From: Pachysolen tannophilus NRRL Y-2460
Taxonomy: Eukaryota
Length of the DNA stretch: 64,000 nucleotides
Assembly (NCBI GenBank): GCA_001661245.1
Contig: KV454012.1
Location: 1,786,418-1,850,417 of the forward strand
Direction of reading: 5' to 3'
Position numbers and translations under genes: made by a program. This document shows, piece after piece, positions 47,128 to 57,800 of this stretch. Below the pieces are notes generated by a model. The model worked only from the letters and a program-made list of their open reading frames with translations. It was not told the origin of the DNA and searched no databases. Within the stretch, counting starts at the first letter, position 1. Each line of letters opens with the position of its first letter.

Positions 47128-48915
47128 TTATTTTTTCCTATTCCCATTAATATTATCACTTGGTATATCCGCTGGTTTTAACAATTCAAAAGAACAAACC
47201 AAATTTTTCTTAACATTCATTACTGCACCCCAATTATCAAATTCTCCACAATAATTAGGAGCACTAAATAAGGTAACTAATTTTCTCTTTGCAAAAAATT
47301 CATATCCATCTTGCACAACCATATGTGCTCTTACTACCAAATCCATATTTTGATGTTGTAAAAAATTACTTACAATATGGGGACCAAAAGTATATGAAAC
47401 ACCTCTATCGTTGTCTCCCCATGCTATAGTGTTATAATCTGGATCTGACCATAATAAATCTGATAATAAACCTTCATCTGGGATATCAGTTGGTCTTGAT
47501 ATCAGTTTAATTTGTTCCAAATTCTTCAAACTTGGAGATAATCCACCATGAACACAAAAAATCTTATCTCCAATTGTAGCAGCTATTGGAAATGTATTAA
47601 AAACATCAACAAAATTTTTCCACATTTTTGAAGAAAGTCTTCTCTTACATTCATCATAAAAACCATACATCTTAGTTATACCTGCACATTCATGATTACC
47701 TCTTAACATGAAAAAATTTTCTGGATATTTAATTTTAAAACATAATAAAAGTAAAATTGTTTCTAAAGATTGTTTACCACGATCAACATAATCACCCAAA
47801 AATAAATAATTAGAATTTGGAGGAAATCCACATAATTTTAAAATTCTTAGTAAATCATGAAATTGACCATGAATATCACCAACAACTTTAACTGGTGCTG
47901 CAAGTTCTAATAACATTGGTTGTTGTAAGAAAATCTCTCTAGCTTTTGAACAAATATATTGAATTTCATGAGTCTTAATACATAATTTCTTAGAGTATGA
48001 CCTTGATAATCCCATCTCAATAAGACTTTGAATAATAGCATCAATATCCACATTTGCTGTATGAGCGGAAGGTGATGATGCTGATGATGATGAAGACGAA
48101 GAAGAAGAAGAGCCACTAACGGCAACAGTTTTTTGAGTAATAGCTGCTTTTTTCTTTGACCCACTGCCGGGCACATGTAGAGATGGAGAATCAACCGACC
48201 CTGCAGAACCTCCTAATGAGTTTCCCAATGAGTTACCTAATGAGCCACTAGCGCCGCTCAATGAGGCTGGAGCTATGGCTGTAACAGCTGCAACTGCAGC
48301 AACTGCCTGAGCTTGAAGTTTCTTTTGTTGTTGTTGGTTCTGTTGACTGTGGATACTATGCTGAGTATGCTGGCTATGTTGACTATGTTGGCTATGTTGA
48401 CGCAAGGGCTCTGGAGTACTTTCTAACGACCTTTCCACAATGGGATCCAAATTCTTTGGTGGAGTCGTTGATGAGGAAACTGAGCTTATTGAAGAACCAG
48501 CCATAAATGATAAATCGCTACCTACTGATGAGGAAACATCATCAACACTACTACTCAAGCTTGATTTAGAAACAGTTAAAGCCTGTGCCATACTGGCCGA
48601 TATCTCCAAATCAAATGGCGATAGCGAACCATCATCTTTCAGCGGCTGAATTTGATGCTTCAACTTCTTGGGAAGTGATGGAGAGCCTTTGATAACGCTA
48701 GCACTAATAGGTTTTCCGGTATTACTACTATTGATATTATTACTATTATCACCGGAGTTATAATTTATTTTCACATAAGAGGTTGTCAACCTCCTACTAC
48801 TTCGCGATGAGCTCTTGGGCTCTGTTTCATTCACATCATTTGAACTTGAAGAATTGGAACTTGAAGTTGAAGCTGTTGATGAATCATTTTTGATGGAAGA
48901 CGGGCTATTTCCCAT
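47128..48915 (-). CDS. PPQ1: PP1-related Ser/Thr protein phosphatase Q
   Basis: [35 protein letters not shown] (Ppq1-type); Ser-rich N-terminus; adjacent to CBC2. Confidence 0.85.
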   Translation of the reverse strand: MGNSPSSIKNDSSTASTSSSNSSSSNDVNETEPKSSSRSSRRLTTSYVKINYNSGDNSNNINSSNTGKPISASVIKGSPSLPKKLKHQIQPLKDDGSLSPFDLEISASMAQALTVSKSSLSSSVDDVSSSVGSDLSFMAGSSISSVSSSTTPPKNLDPIVERSLESTPEPLRQHSQHSQHSQHTQHSIHSQQNQQQQKKLQAQAVAAVAAVTAIAPASLSGASGSLGNSLGNSLGGSAGSVDSPSLHVPGSGSKKKAAITQKTVAVSGSSSSSSSSSSASSPSAHTANVDIDAIIQSLIEMGLSRSYSKKLCIKTHEIQYICSKAREIFLQQPMLLELAAPVKVVGDIHGQFHDLLRILKLCGFPPNSNYLFLGDYVDRGKQSLETILLLLCFKIKYPENFFMLRGNHECAGITKMYGFYDECKRRLSSKMWKNFVDVFNTFPIAATIGDKIFCVHGGLSPSLKNLEQIKLISRPTDIPDEGLLSDLLWSDPDYNTIAWGDNDRGVSYTFGPHIVSNFLQHQNMDLVVRAHMVVQDGYEFFAKRKLVTLFSAPNYCGEFDNWGAVMNVKKNLVCSFELLKPADIPSDNINGNRKK

Positions 48916-49860
48916 TAGTAATATTCAATATTGAAGAAAAAAAAATTTTTTTTTTTATCAAATGGAAAAAATTGAACAATAAAAAAAAAAAAAAAATGGT
49001 AATAAAGCTTTACTTATGCTATTCTTTTAATTAATATTTTTCTTATTGAAAACTAAAACAAAAGGAAGAAAAAAAGAAAAAAAAAATTAAAAAAAAAAAA
49101 ATCTTATCGTTCGTTATATATATATTGTTAATTAATTAGTTATAAATTAGATAATGATCGTAAAAGGAAAGAGGAAATTTGACTGCTTTTAAACATTAGA
49201 AAAACTTGGAAAAAATTAAAAATTACAAATTAAAAAGAGAAAAAGAAAAAAGAAATTTGAGCCTCGTGACACTAACAAAAAAAAAACAATTAGGGGCTTT
49301 CTGCCAATTAAGAGTAGTTCGTAGCAGGAACCATAGCATAGCATAGCACATAGCACAGATCTTATAATAAGTTATCGCCTCAAATTGGCTGCTAAATTTT
49401 TCTTTTTTTTTTTCACAGAGAGAGAGAATAAAAGAAAAAAAAAAAGAGGTTCCAGAACTTCAGCTCGTATAAAGATAAGCGGAGATCATATTATTGTTAT
49501 ATTTAATTGATAAGAGATTTTTGAGTCTATGCTCTAGACTGAAAGAAAGCTCGCTAAAAAAACACTATATTAGTTTGATATATAGCATATATATATGTAT
49601 ATATATATAGGCTATATAAAAACACTAACGCCCTTGAATTTATGCCTTTAACTTGCCCTTTCATTATTTTAAAAAAAAAAGAACGAAAGAAAAACTTTTG
49701 AGCGCCCTTCTTTTTTTTTTTTTTTTTAATTTTTTCTTCAAATTTGACAGAACTCGTTATGTAAAGCGTAGAAAAAATGTTAGTATTATACATTTAATTT
49801 ATTTATATTTGTAATATTAATACTATTATTATTATTCTTATTAATATTAAAATTATCATC

Positions 49861-50799
49861 ATGTCTTTACACGAATTTGAAAGACCAAATTTCCGTAATT
49901 CGACAAGAAGGCTTGATCGTCCTTCTCCATATTTGATCAAGAAGGCAAAATTTAATCCGGAAGGATATGATTCGTTAAAGAAATCGATGGTTTCTTGTAC
50001 TTTATATATTGGGAAATTATCGATGGATACAACGGAAGAACAATTGTATGAATTATTTAGTAAATGTGGTATTATCAAGCAGATTATTATGGGTCTTGAT
50101 AGGTTTAAAAATACTCCATGTGGGTTTTGTTTTGTCATATATCAAACTCCTAAAGGAGCTTTATCAGCAATGAAATATCTTAATGGTACAATGTTGGATG
50201 GTTGTAAAATTGATATTGATTTAGATCCTGGTTTTGAAGAAGGAAGGCAATTTGGTAGGGGCCAAGATGGAGGTCAATTTAGACGTCAAATTGGGAATAA
50301 CGATAGTAGTAATGCGGCTACTCATCATTATAATAATAATAATAATAATAGTAATGGTAATTTCCGTCATCGTAATGGTCAAAGAGGTGGTGGTCGCGGT
50401 GGTCGTGGTGGATTTGGCGGCGGGCCGGGCGGTGCAAGATTTAGAGGAAATTTTCGCGGGAATTTTAGAGGAAATAGATTTGCACATAATGACAATAATA
50501 ATAATCATTTCCATAACGTTGAAAATAAAAGGGCAAACGGTACAGAGGTTTATTTACCTGCAAATGATCCAGAATTTAACTCATACGCTCCTCAACAAAG
50601 ATTAGTAGCTCCAGGTATACCAACAAGTGAAATGATGCAAAACATAATGAAACCATCAAGTGGACATTTGAAACAAAGAAATGAAGATCAAAGACCGCGC
50701 AAAATTCAAACTAGACTTCAACCTATCCGCGGTGAGTTACCACCTCATCAAGAAAAACAATCTGAAGATAATGAAGAGTTGCCTCCTCATTTAAGGTGA
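49861..50799 (+). CDS. CBC2: Nuclear cap-binding complex small subunit (CBP20) with RGG-rich tail
   Basis: [55 protein letters not shown]. Confidence 0.95.
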   Translation: MSLHEFERPNFRNSTRRLDRPSPYLIKKAKFNPEGYDSLKKSMVSCTLYIGKLSMDTTEEQLYELFSKCGIIKQIIMGLDRFKNTPCGFCFVIYQTPKGALSAMKYLNGTMLDGCKIDIDLDPGFEEGRQFGRGQDGGQFRRQIGNNDSSNAATHHYNNNNNNSNGNFRHRNGQRGGGRGGRGGFGGGPGGARFRGNFRGNFRGNRFAHNDNNNNHFHNVENKRANGTEVYLPANDPEFNSYAPQQRLVAPGIPTSEMMQNIMKPSSGHLKQRNEDQRPRKIQTRLQPIRGELPPHQEKQSEDNEELPPHLR

Positions 50800-51404
50800 T
50801 GCATTATCAAAAAAAAAAATAAAAATTTTTTTCTTTTTTTCTTTCTTTTGCTTCTCCTGTCATGTAATACTAAATAAAATATAGTTGTAACTATGTAATC
50901 TTGAAAGATAAAAAAAAAATAGAAAAAGAAACTATAGATAATTGATTAATTGCCTTAATATTCGAATGTAACATTTTGCCATTTCAATCTTTAGAATTGG
51001 AGAGGATATCATTAGCACTGAGCCGCATGCAAAATTTTACTTTTGGCTCGTAACTTAAAACTTAATTTGAAAAATGAGTTTATTACTCAATACTGTGTCG
51101 CAATAATTCAAAGTTAAGTCGTATTTATTAAAATTATTAACAGAAAAGAAAAGTATTTTACAAAATTACAAGAAACAAGTTGTTAATGAAAACTGAAAAA
51201 AAAAGAGAAAAGAATGTATATGAAAGTTGAATAAGTATAAACAAAGGAAAAAAAAGCAAAAAGAAAAGAGAGAAAAAAGTAAACTAAACATTCAAATCTA
51301 AAACTCCTAATTACAACTTAACAGTATCAAGAAAACGAAAACAAGAAAAAAACCCATATAACTACATTCTCTACCCTCTGAAACCATTTTTTTTTTTTTT
51401 GCAT

Positions 51405-52430
51405 TTAATTATAAACTTTCCTTTTCGTTTTTTTAAAGGTTCTTATTTTTCTTCTTCTAGCATTAATAAACCAATTACTCAATTGCTGAGAAGTTAAACC
51501 AGTCTTGTATAAAAATTCAGATTTTTGTTTAGAACTTGGGTATGGGTTATTACTATGAGTATATAACCATTCTAATAAGATATTTGTTGTCTTTTTTGGT
51601 AAATTCGGTCTGCCTCTTCTACCATTTTGTGATCTAGAACCTTTACGAATCCTACTTTTAGGCTTTTCCAAATTCTTATTATTCTCAATTGAACCATTTG
51701 ATGAATTTTCAGGGTTTGGGTTCTTAATTTCTTCTTTAGAAGACAATCTGAAAGTAGAACATGACCTTGATCTTGATCTTGAGCTTGAATTTGAGCTTGA
51801 ATTTGAGCTTGAACTTGACACCGAAGCTGAATTTGAAGTTGAAGTTGACATTAATATTGACGTGGACGTTGACATTGAGATTGTAGCATCCTTATTAGTT
51901 GATAAGTAACTGCTTTCCTTGACAAGTGGTTGCTGAAAACTACTAGTATTCAGCTGGTACAGCTGCCGAGATGCTTGTTGATTTGGATTTGATGGATAAT
52001 AGCTATAACAATAAAATTTTTGTGAATCATCGTGAGTTGAACTTGCCATGAAACATGGAACTATAGCTGGTGGTGATCTATAAGAAAAATAAAAAGGGAA
52101 AGTAGAATTCAATTCACAAATTGAATTTGAATACTGTAAACCCCTATGATAAACATATTGTTCTTGGATCTTGTTATCTTGTATCTGTAATTGATAAACA
52201 TGAGGATTTTGAGCATGATCGAAAGAGAATGGAATATTCAATTCAGAAAAATTAAATATTTCACGGATTGGGGGTAAGCAAATTAATTTCTTTGCCTGTT
52301 CTTTCAGATCTTTCAGATCTTTCACTGGCATTTCTTCTTTGAGTTGACTTATGCTATTATCATTATTATCCTCAAAACAATCATTTGCACAAGTATTGTT
52401 TTCTTTATAATTCTTTTCTGATTTCTGCAT
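51405..52430 (-). CDS. CUP9: TALE homeodomain transcription factor (CUP9/TOS8 pro-orthologue)
   Basis: RPNLPKKTTNILLEWL..H..NPYPS..K..TGLT..QLSNWFINARRRKI; position next to CBC2. First ATG at 52430. Confidence 0.8.
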   Translation of the reverse strand: MQKSEKNYKENNTCANDCFEDNNDNSISQLKEEMPVKDLKDLKEQAKKLICLPPIREIFNFSELNIPFSFDHAQNPHVYQLQIQDNKIQEQYVYHRGLQYSNSICELNSTFPFYFSYRSPPAIVPCFMASSTHDDSQKFYCYSYYPSNPNQQASRQLYQLNTSSFQQPLVKESSYLSTNKDATISMSTSTSILMSTSTSNSASVSSSSSNSSSNSSSRSRSRSCSTFRLSSKEEIKNPNPENSSNGSIENNKNLEKPKSRIRKGSRSQNGRRGRPNLPKKTTNILLEWLYTHSNNPYPSSKQKSEFLYKTGLTSQQLSNWFINARRRKIRTFKKTKRKVYN

Positions 52431-53704
52431 TTCAACTATCAAGCAAAAAAAAAAGCCATAAATTTTTAAAATTTAAACGGTACTAATGAATTTACCCCTA
52501 ATATGTCTCTGGTGAATGGTTAAAAACGTATGAACCGTCTATCTGAAAAATTCAGAGGTAACTGGAATGAAATTCCAGCAAAAGATTCAAAGTACCAATA
52601 GAAATATTTGAGAAAAAATGGTGTACACATAGAAGAAGGATTTTAATTTTAATTTATACGGAAATCTGGTATTAAATAGAACAAAAGTATAGTCCCCGAA
52701 AAAAAAAAAAAAATAGGGTATAAACTCTTAGGTTCTGCATTGCTAAATGCAGGGTAAAGGGGTCTAATTTAGCTTCAAAAATTGTTCTTATGCATCCGGT
52801 AATCCAATAATTTTTTCAATCATGCAGGTATAACAGGCGAATACTAGTAAGATCAAGCATTGCAACGTATGGAAAACAAGTAGTTTACTATTCCATGATA
52901 GAACGGTAAAATCAGTTTAAAAAAAAAGATTAATACTAATCACGCATTTAATAATGGTGTAATTGGGTGAACGCCGTGTGATTCTTGGTTAAAGAAAAAT
53001 GGGGATGACTAGGACTTAATGAAGAACCATTATGTTGATTGATGCTTTATCTGTTGTTTGAGAAATTAAGACATATATATAACAATTATAAAATCAAGGC
53101 AATAGAAACAAAAATTATATAAGCGGAGCAGCACCTGCCATTTTAAATTAAAGAAATTATAAATCATCGGAATTATATCAATGAAAAATACATAACAAAC
53201 TTTATATTGCTAGAATAGAAAAGTGATGTTTGGAATTGCTTTTTTAATATTCAAAACTGTTTTATAAGAAGATTATTTTGTTTGGATATAGGATCATCAA
53301 TGCTCAATTACAATTTATTTACAATGGAGTGTTTTTTTTTTTTTTTTAATTTTTTAAAGTTTTTAATATAAAGTCAGTTTAATATATTTATTTGTAAATA
53401 TTAATTACTTTTGTAGCTTGATAGCCAATTGATATTTTTAATCACGTTTTAGGAAGCTCTTAGAAAAGGATTTTATTATTTATTCCATATTAGATTTAGA
53501 TTAAATTTTAATTTGATTCAGTTGGATTTTTCCGCTCATTTTGAAAAACTGGAAAACGGAAAAATGGGCAAAAAGAACTTTCTATATATTACTAAAAATA
53601 CTATAAAATTAAAATACATTTCGGGGTTCTATAAATATCTATCGAAACTCAAAGATTATATATATATAATTTAAAGTATTTTTTTGATCTATCTATGATT
53701 GATA

Positions 53705-54394
53705 TTAATTTTTTAATGAAGTTTCAACATATTCGATTATTTTAGAAATTATTGGTTTTTTATTTGGAACAAAATGACCACCTTCATGTTCAATTGTCTT
53801 TTTAATATTTTCGGGATAATAACTCAGTAATAGCAACGATCTTTCTTTTGGAACATGAGTATCTGAAGAACCATATACATGTATAGTTAAAGTTTCCAAA
53901 TCATTAGGAACTTTGAACAAATGAGCATATTTTTCTTTCAAGACCAGACTTTCATCTGTTGTAGTAAACAGATATGCAGAAAATAAAATGGAAAATTTAA
54001 ATTGTTGATGTCCTGGAACTAAAGTTGAAATATTATTTGTTACTATAGCTGCTAAAGCTGCACCTTGGCTAAAACCAAGAATTCCATCAAATGGACCTTC
54101 TTTTAAAATACATTCTTTAACAGCTGTAAGAGCATTTTCAATATTTAAATCTTCAACATGATACCACCATGCTCTATTAATCCCAGAATCAACAATCTCC
54201 TTCCATTTGTTTTCATCATCAATTTCAAATGGTAAATCTTTCTTCTCTAAAATTGTTGGTCCATCCAAAAAAAAAGTCTCGGCGTTTATTTTTTTCAAAG
54301 CTTTCCTAATACCTGATGCTTTTTCATAAAAAATTTTGGAATTTTGTAAAAAACCATGCAAACATAAAACTTTCAATGGTCTAGATAAACTCAT
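53705..54394 (-). CDS. FSH/OVCA2-family serine hydrolase
   Basis: LCLHGFLQN, RAWW, GPFDGILGFSQGA, HEGGHFVP. Confidence 0.92.
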   Translation of the reverse strand: MSLSRPLKVLCLHGFLQNSKIFYEKASGIRKALKKINAETFFLDGPTILEKKDLPFEIDDENKWKEIVDSGINRAWWYHVEDLNIENALTAVKECILKEGPFDGILGFSQGAALAAIVTNNISTLVPGHQQFKFSILFSAYLFTTTDESLVLKEKYAHLFKVPNDLETLTIHVYGSSDTHVPKERSLLLLSYYPENIKKTIEHEGGHFVPNKKPIISKIIEYVETSLKN

Positions 54395-54578
54395 CTTATC
54401 AATCTACTAGCTTCTTCTATATTTCAACAACTAACAACAATTCAAAATAATATATATATATATATATCACACAATATTTCAATACTTTCAAAATTGGACA
54501 TAAATATTTCTCAATTACAGTCGTTTGCCTTACTTCAAATATCACTATACAGGAAATGTAATCGATGTATGGAGTTGC

Positions 54579-54584
54579 ACGCGT
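54579..54584. promoter_or_regulatory. MCB element ACGCGT upstream of RIF1
   Basis: Exact MluI box about 225 bp before the first ATG of a replication-timing gene. Confidence 0.55.
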
Positions 54585-54807
54585 TTTTTTTTTTTTGACT
54601 TATTTTTCTTTTAGGAGAACCAAATGTACCAATAAGTTATGTTTAATTGATTGGCGTCAATTGGGAAACTTGCCATTAGTTTAATCATCTTGGAAGGTCT
54701 TTATCGTTGAAAGATTGGGAACAGTTTTCCGTATTTTTTTTATTGTAATTTTTGGTATTTTCTTTGGGTGGTTTTTTTTTTTTTCATTCTTTTTTTTTTC
54801 ACAAGAT

Positions 54808-57800
54808 ATGATGGACCATAAACACGGTCATCGATTAGAAATAGATATGCCAGTGACGCTGAAAACGACGAGATCGGGATCAAGATCAAAATCAAGATTA
54901 AGATCAAGAAAGGGAAGGTTTCCCGCTGTGGGTAATAGGATGAGTGCTTCATGCTTAAGTTCTAGAGGGTCATTGTTGATTAGAGATAACGAGAACAAAG
55001 AGTCCGTGATATCTGATGATATTGAGGAGTTATCGATCAAGGAGTTTAAGGCCAATAGTAATATCAGAACAGGTGGCAGGTCAAGAGAATGTTGGTATTT
55101 TGATGTGGATTCTCCAGAAGATCGGGAAAGTCTTTTAAGTAATTTAGGGATTGGGTCGTTTTTTTCTGAGCCTTTAGTATCACCTTCATCTCCTAAATCA
55201 TCATTAGGCTCAAAAGTATTTCAATATCAAAAGAAGAGGCTCAATATTGGATCTGGGCCGCAACGATATGTAGAGATGGGAAATTTTTTACAAACGAAAA
55301 ATTTGAAAAGACGATGTGGTGGAATTTTACATGAAAATACTCATCAGAAATTGAATAATCATAGCGAAAAAATTCTGTTTACTGAAAAGATAATTGATAA
55401 AATAGAAAACAAAAATTTTGAATTGAATTCAGAAATACGTTTGGATGAAGGTGATAACCAGATTTTACCGTTAGATTTGGCTGGTTATAATAAAGATACT
55501 AAGATCTCCGAGGGGAATATACACTTGATAGATAATAATTTCAATTTCGAAAATAAAGAAAACGTTAATGGATCAGATTCTGATGGTGACGATCGATCCC
55601 TATATTCTAATTCAAGAATTTCGACTCCATCAGACTCTCAGCGAAACACTCCAATTAAGTCGGTAACAACATCATTACAAAATCCAGAATTATGCGACGC
55701 TTCAGCAGCTTCTCCTTTAAGCTCAAGAAAGAGAAAAAGAGCACTAGATACAATATTTTACGATGTTTTTGAACCTCGAAAAACTAAACCTTTACCTACT
55801 ACTGCTACTACTACTACTACCACTATCACACCTAATTTTGGCATATTGAACAAAAAATCTGATAATACGTTGAATGAAAAAGAGATCCCAGACTCCAATA
55901 TTAAGGAACTCGAAAACGAACTCGTCGTACAAGAGGAGAACTTTGAAAATAAACAGATTGAAAAGGAAACTTTGGCACCAACTAGTGATATCAAAGAAAC
56001 GGAATCGGGGAAAACTACTGTAACTGAAATAATTACGCATAACATTGACATTCCAGAATCTAATGAACAGCAAAAATATCTGATATTACCACTTCCGAAG
56101 TTAATACAAAAATCACCAAAGCTTCCAGTAATACAAGAAACTGAGATCCAAAACCATAGAACTAAAGAATACAAACAGAAAGATTTTCCACATGATGAAT
56201 TTTCATTGTTATCATCTCCAATTGAAAAAGAAGTTAATCACAAAAATAAAGAAATTTTGGCTGCATCCCAACATACTGAAATACCCAAATCAGTTCTTCC
56301 CACCGGAAAAAGTACCGTTACTTCATTATCAAAAGAGTCAACACCTTTGAAGAAGAAAGTAGCATTTTCAGATGATATCGAGACGTCAGAATTGCAAGTA
56401 CAATCTTCACCGCTCAAAGGTTCTACTCCTTTGAAGTCTATTTTGAAAAATGATAAAAATCCTTCATTTTCTTCTCCTTTGAAAAAAGAACATAAACAAC
56501 TCACCAATAAATTACTTTTGGAGCCTCCCCACTGGAGTAAAGGTTTTATACTTCTGTTAGAAGCAAAAAATGAAGAAGAAATTTCAATTTTGATCAACCG
56601 AACTGTAAGTGCTTTAGGTGATGAGAAATTTGATCTTAAATTTGAAGTTTATGCTTCTTTGAACAATCTAATTAAGATCAATGATGTCGCTGTTTCCGTC
56701 CCAGCCTTTGCCAGGTGTTCTAAAGAGTTATTACGTTACATTGTAAGAGATATTTATGAATGTGAAAATGATCTTCTTTCAGAAGGTTTGAATAACCCTT
56801 TTGTTACGAGAATTGATACACAGGCAATAAAACTTTTGAATTATCTTTTCTCCTATCAAGAAATTAATAAAACATTTGTGGTACTGACCTGCCAACACTT
56901 GATTTTTCATGCTTGTCAAATGTTACAGAATGAGTCCATTCCAAAAAGTCTTGCCAAGCAGTATTTACAATTAATTGGTCAACACAATTTAAGTCCAAAA
57001 ATTATAAGTCCAAAAACAAGTGAAACCTTATTGTTTGCTGTGTTGAGAATGAAATATTTTGAAAGTGCTTCGATTGTCATTGAAAAATTGAGTACGTTGA
57101 AAAACTTGATCAGTTCTTATCCTTCTATGATGTCCAAAAATCTTAAAAGTTGGTTTGGATTTTTAGTGATTAACTTAACTGATTTTCATCCCTCTTTACA
57201 TATACAAATTATCAATGCTACCACCATAGTGCTAAAGGAATTTTCCAGTAGATATTCAGGTGATAGGAAAGTGCAATATGCAGTTCATCTGTTTTTACAT
57301 CAGCCATTATCAGATGTTCTATCAAATTTACCATCTCAATTCAAAACCCAGGTAGACAGGGAAATGTCTTCTTTGTCGGCGGAAAGCTTGTCATCACATT
57401 ATCTAGCAATTGACTATATTTCTGAAAAGCTCACAGCTCTATTAGAAAATGACGAAGGTGAAAGTGTGATGAATATTTGGTCTTCACTAACTTTAGTGAT
57501 GAATATTTCAAATGAACGTGATATTGAAAATTGGGAGAAATTAAGTTCCTGGACTGATATTAATAAAAAGTGTTTCAATAAACATAGTTCTGCATCAAAA
57601 GTATTTGCGGTTAAGGCTTGGAAGAATATGATCTATACTTCTTGTTCAGATTTGAATTTATTTTCTCCACTCCGTTCATCGTTTCCTCCTATTAAAAGAT
57701 TTAGCCTATTGTTATCTCCTTTTCACTGGGCTAGTATGATTTTGCCTTTAGATCAAGAACTTGCAGATGCTTTAGAAGAATTATTTTTGAATTTTTGCTA

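Noticed and set aside
51405..52430. Homeodomain gene as a possible MATalpha2 / mating-type locus
   Set aside because: NPYP..WFINARRR and the CBC2 neighbourhood fit CUP9/TOS8; no SLA2, DIC1 or other MAT genes nearby.
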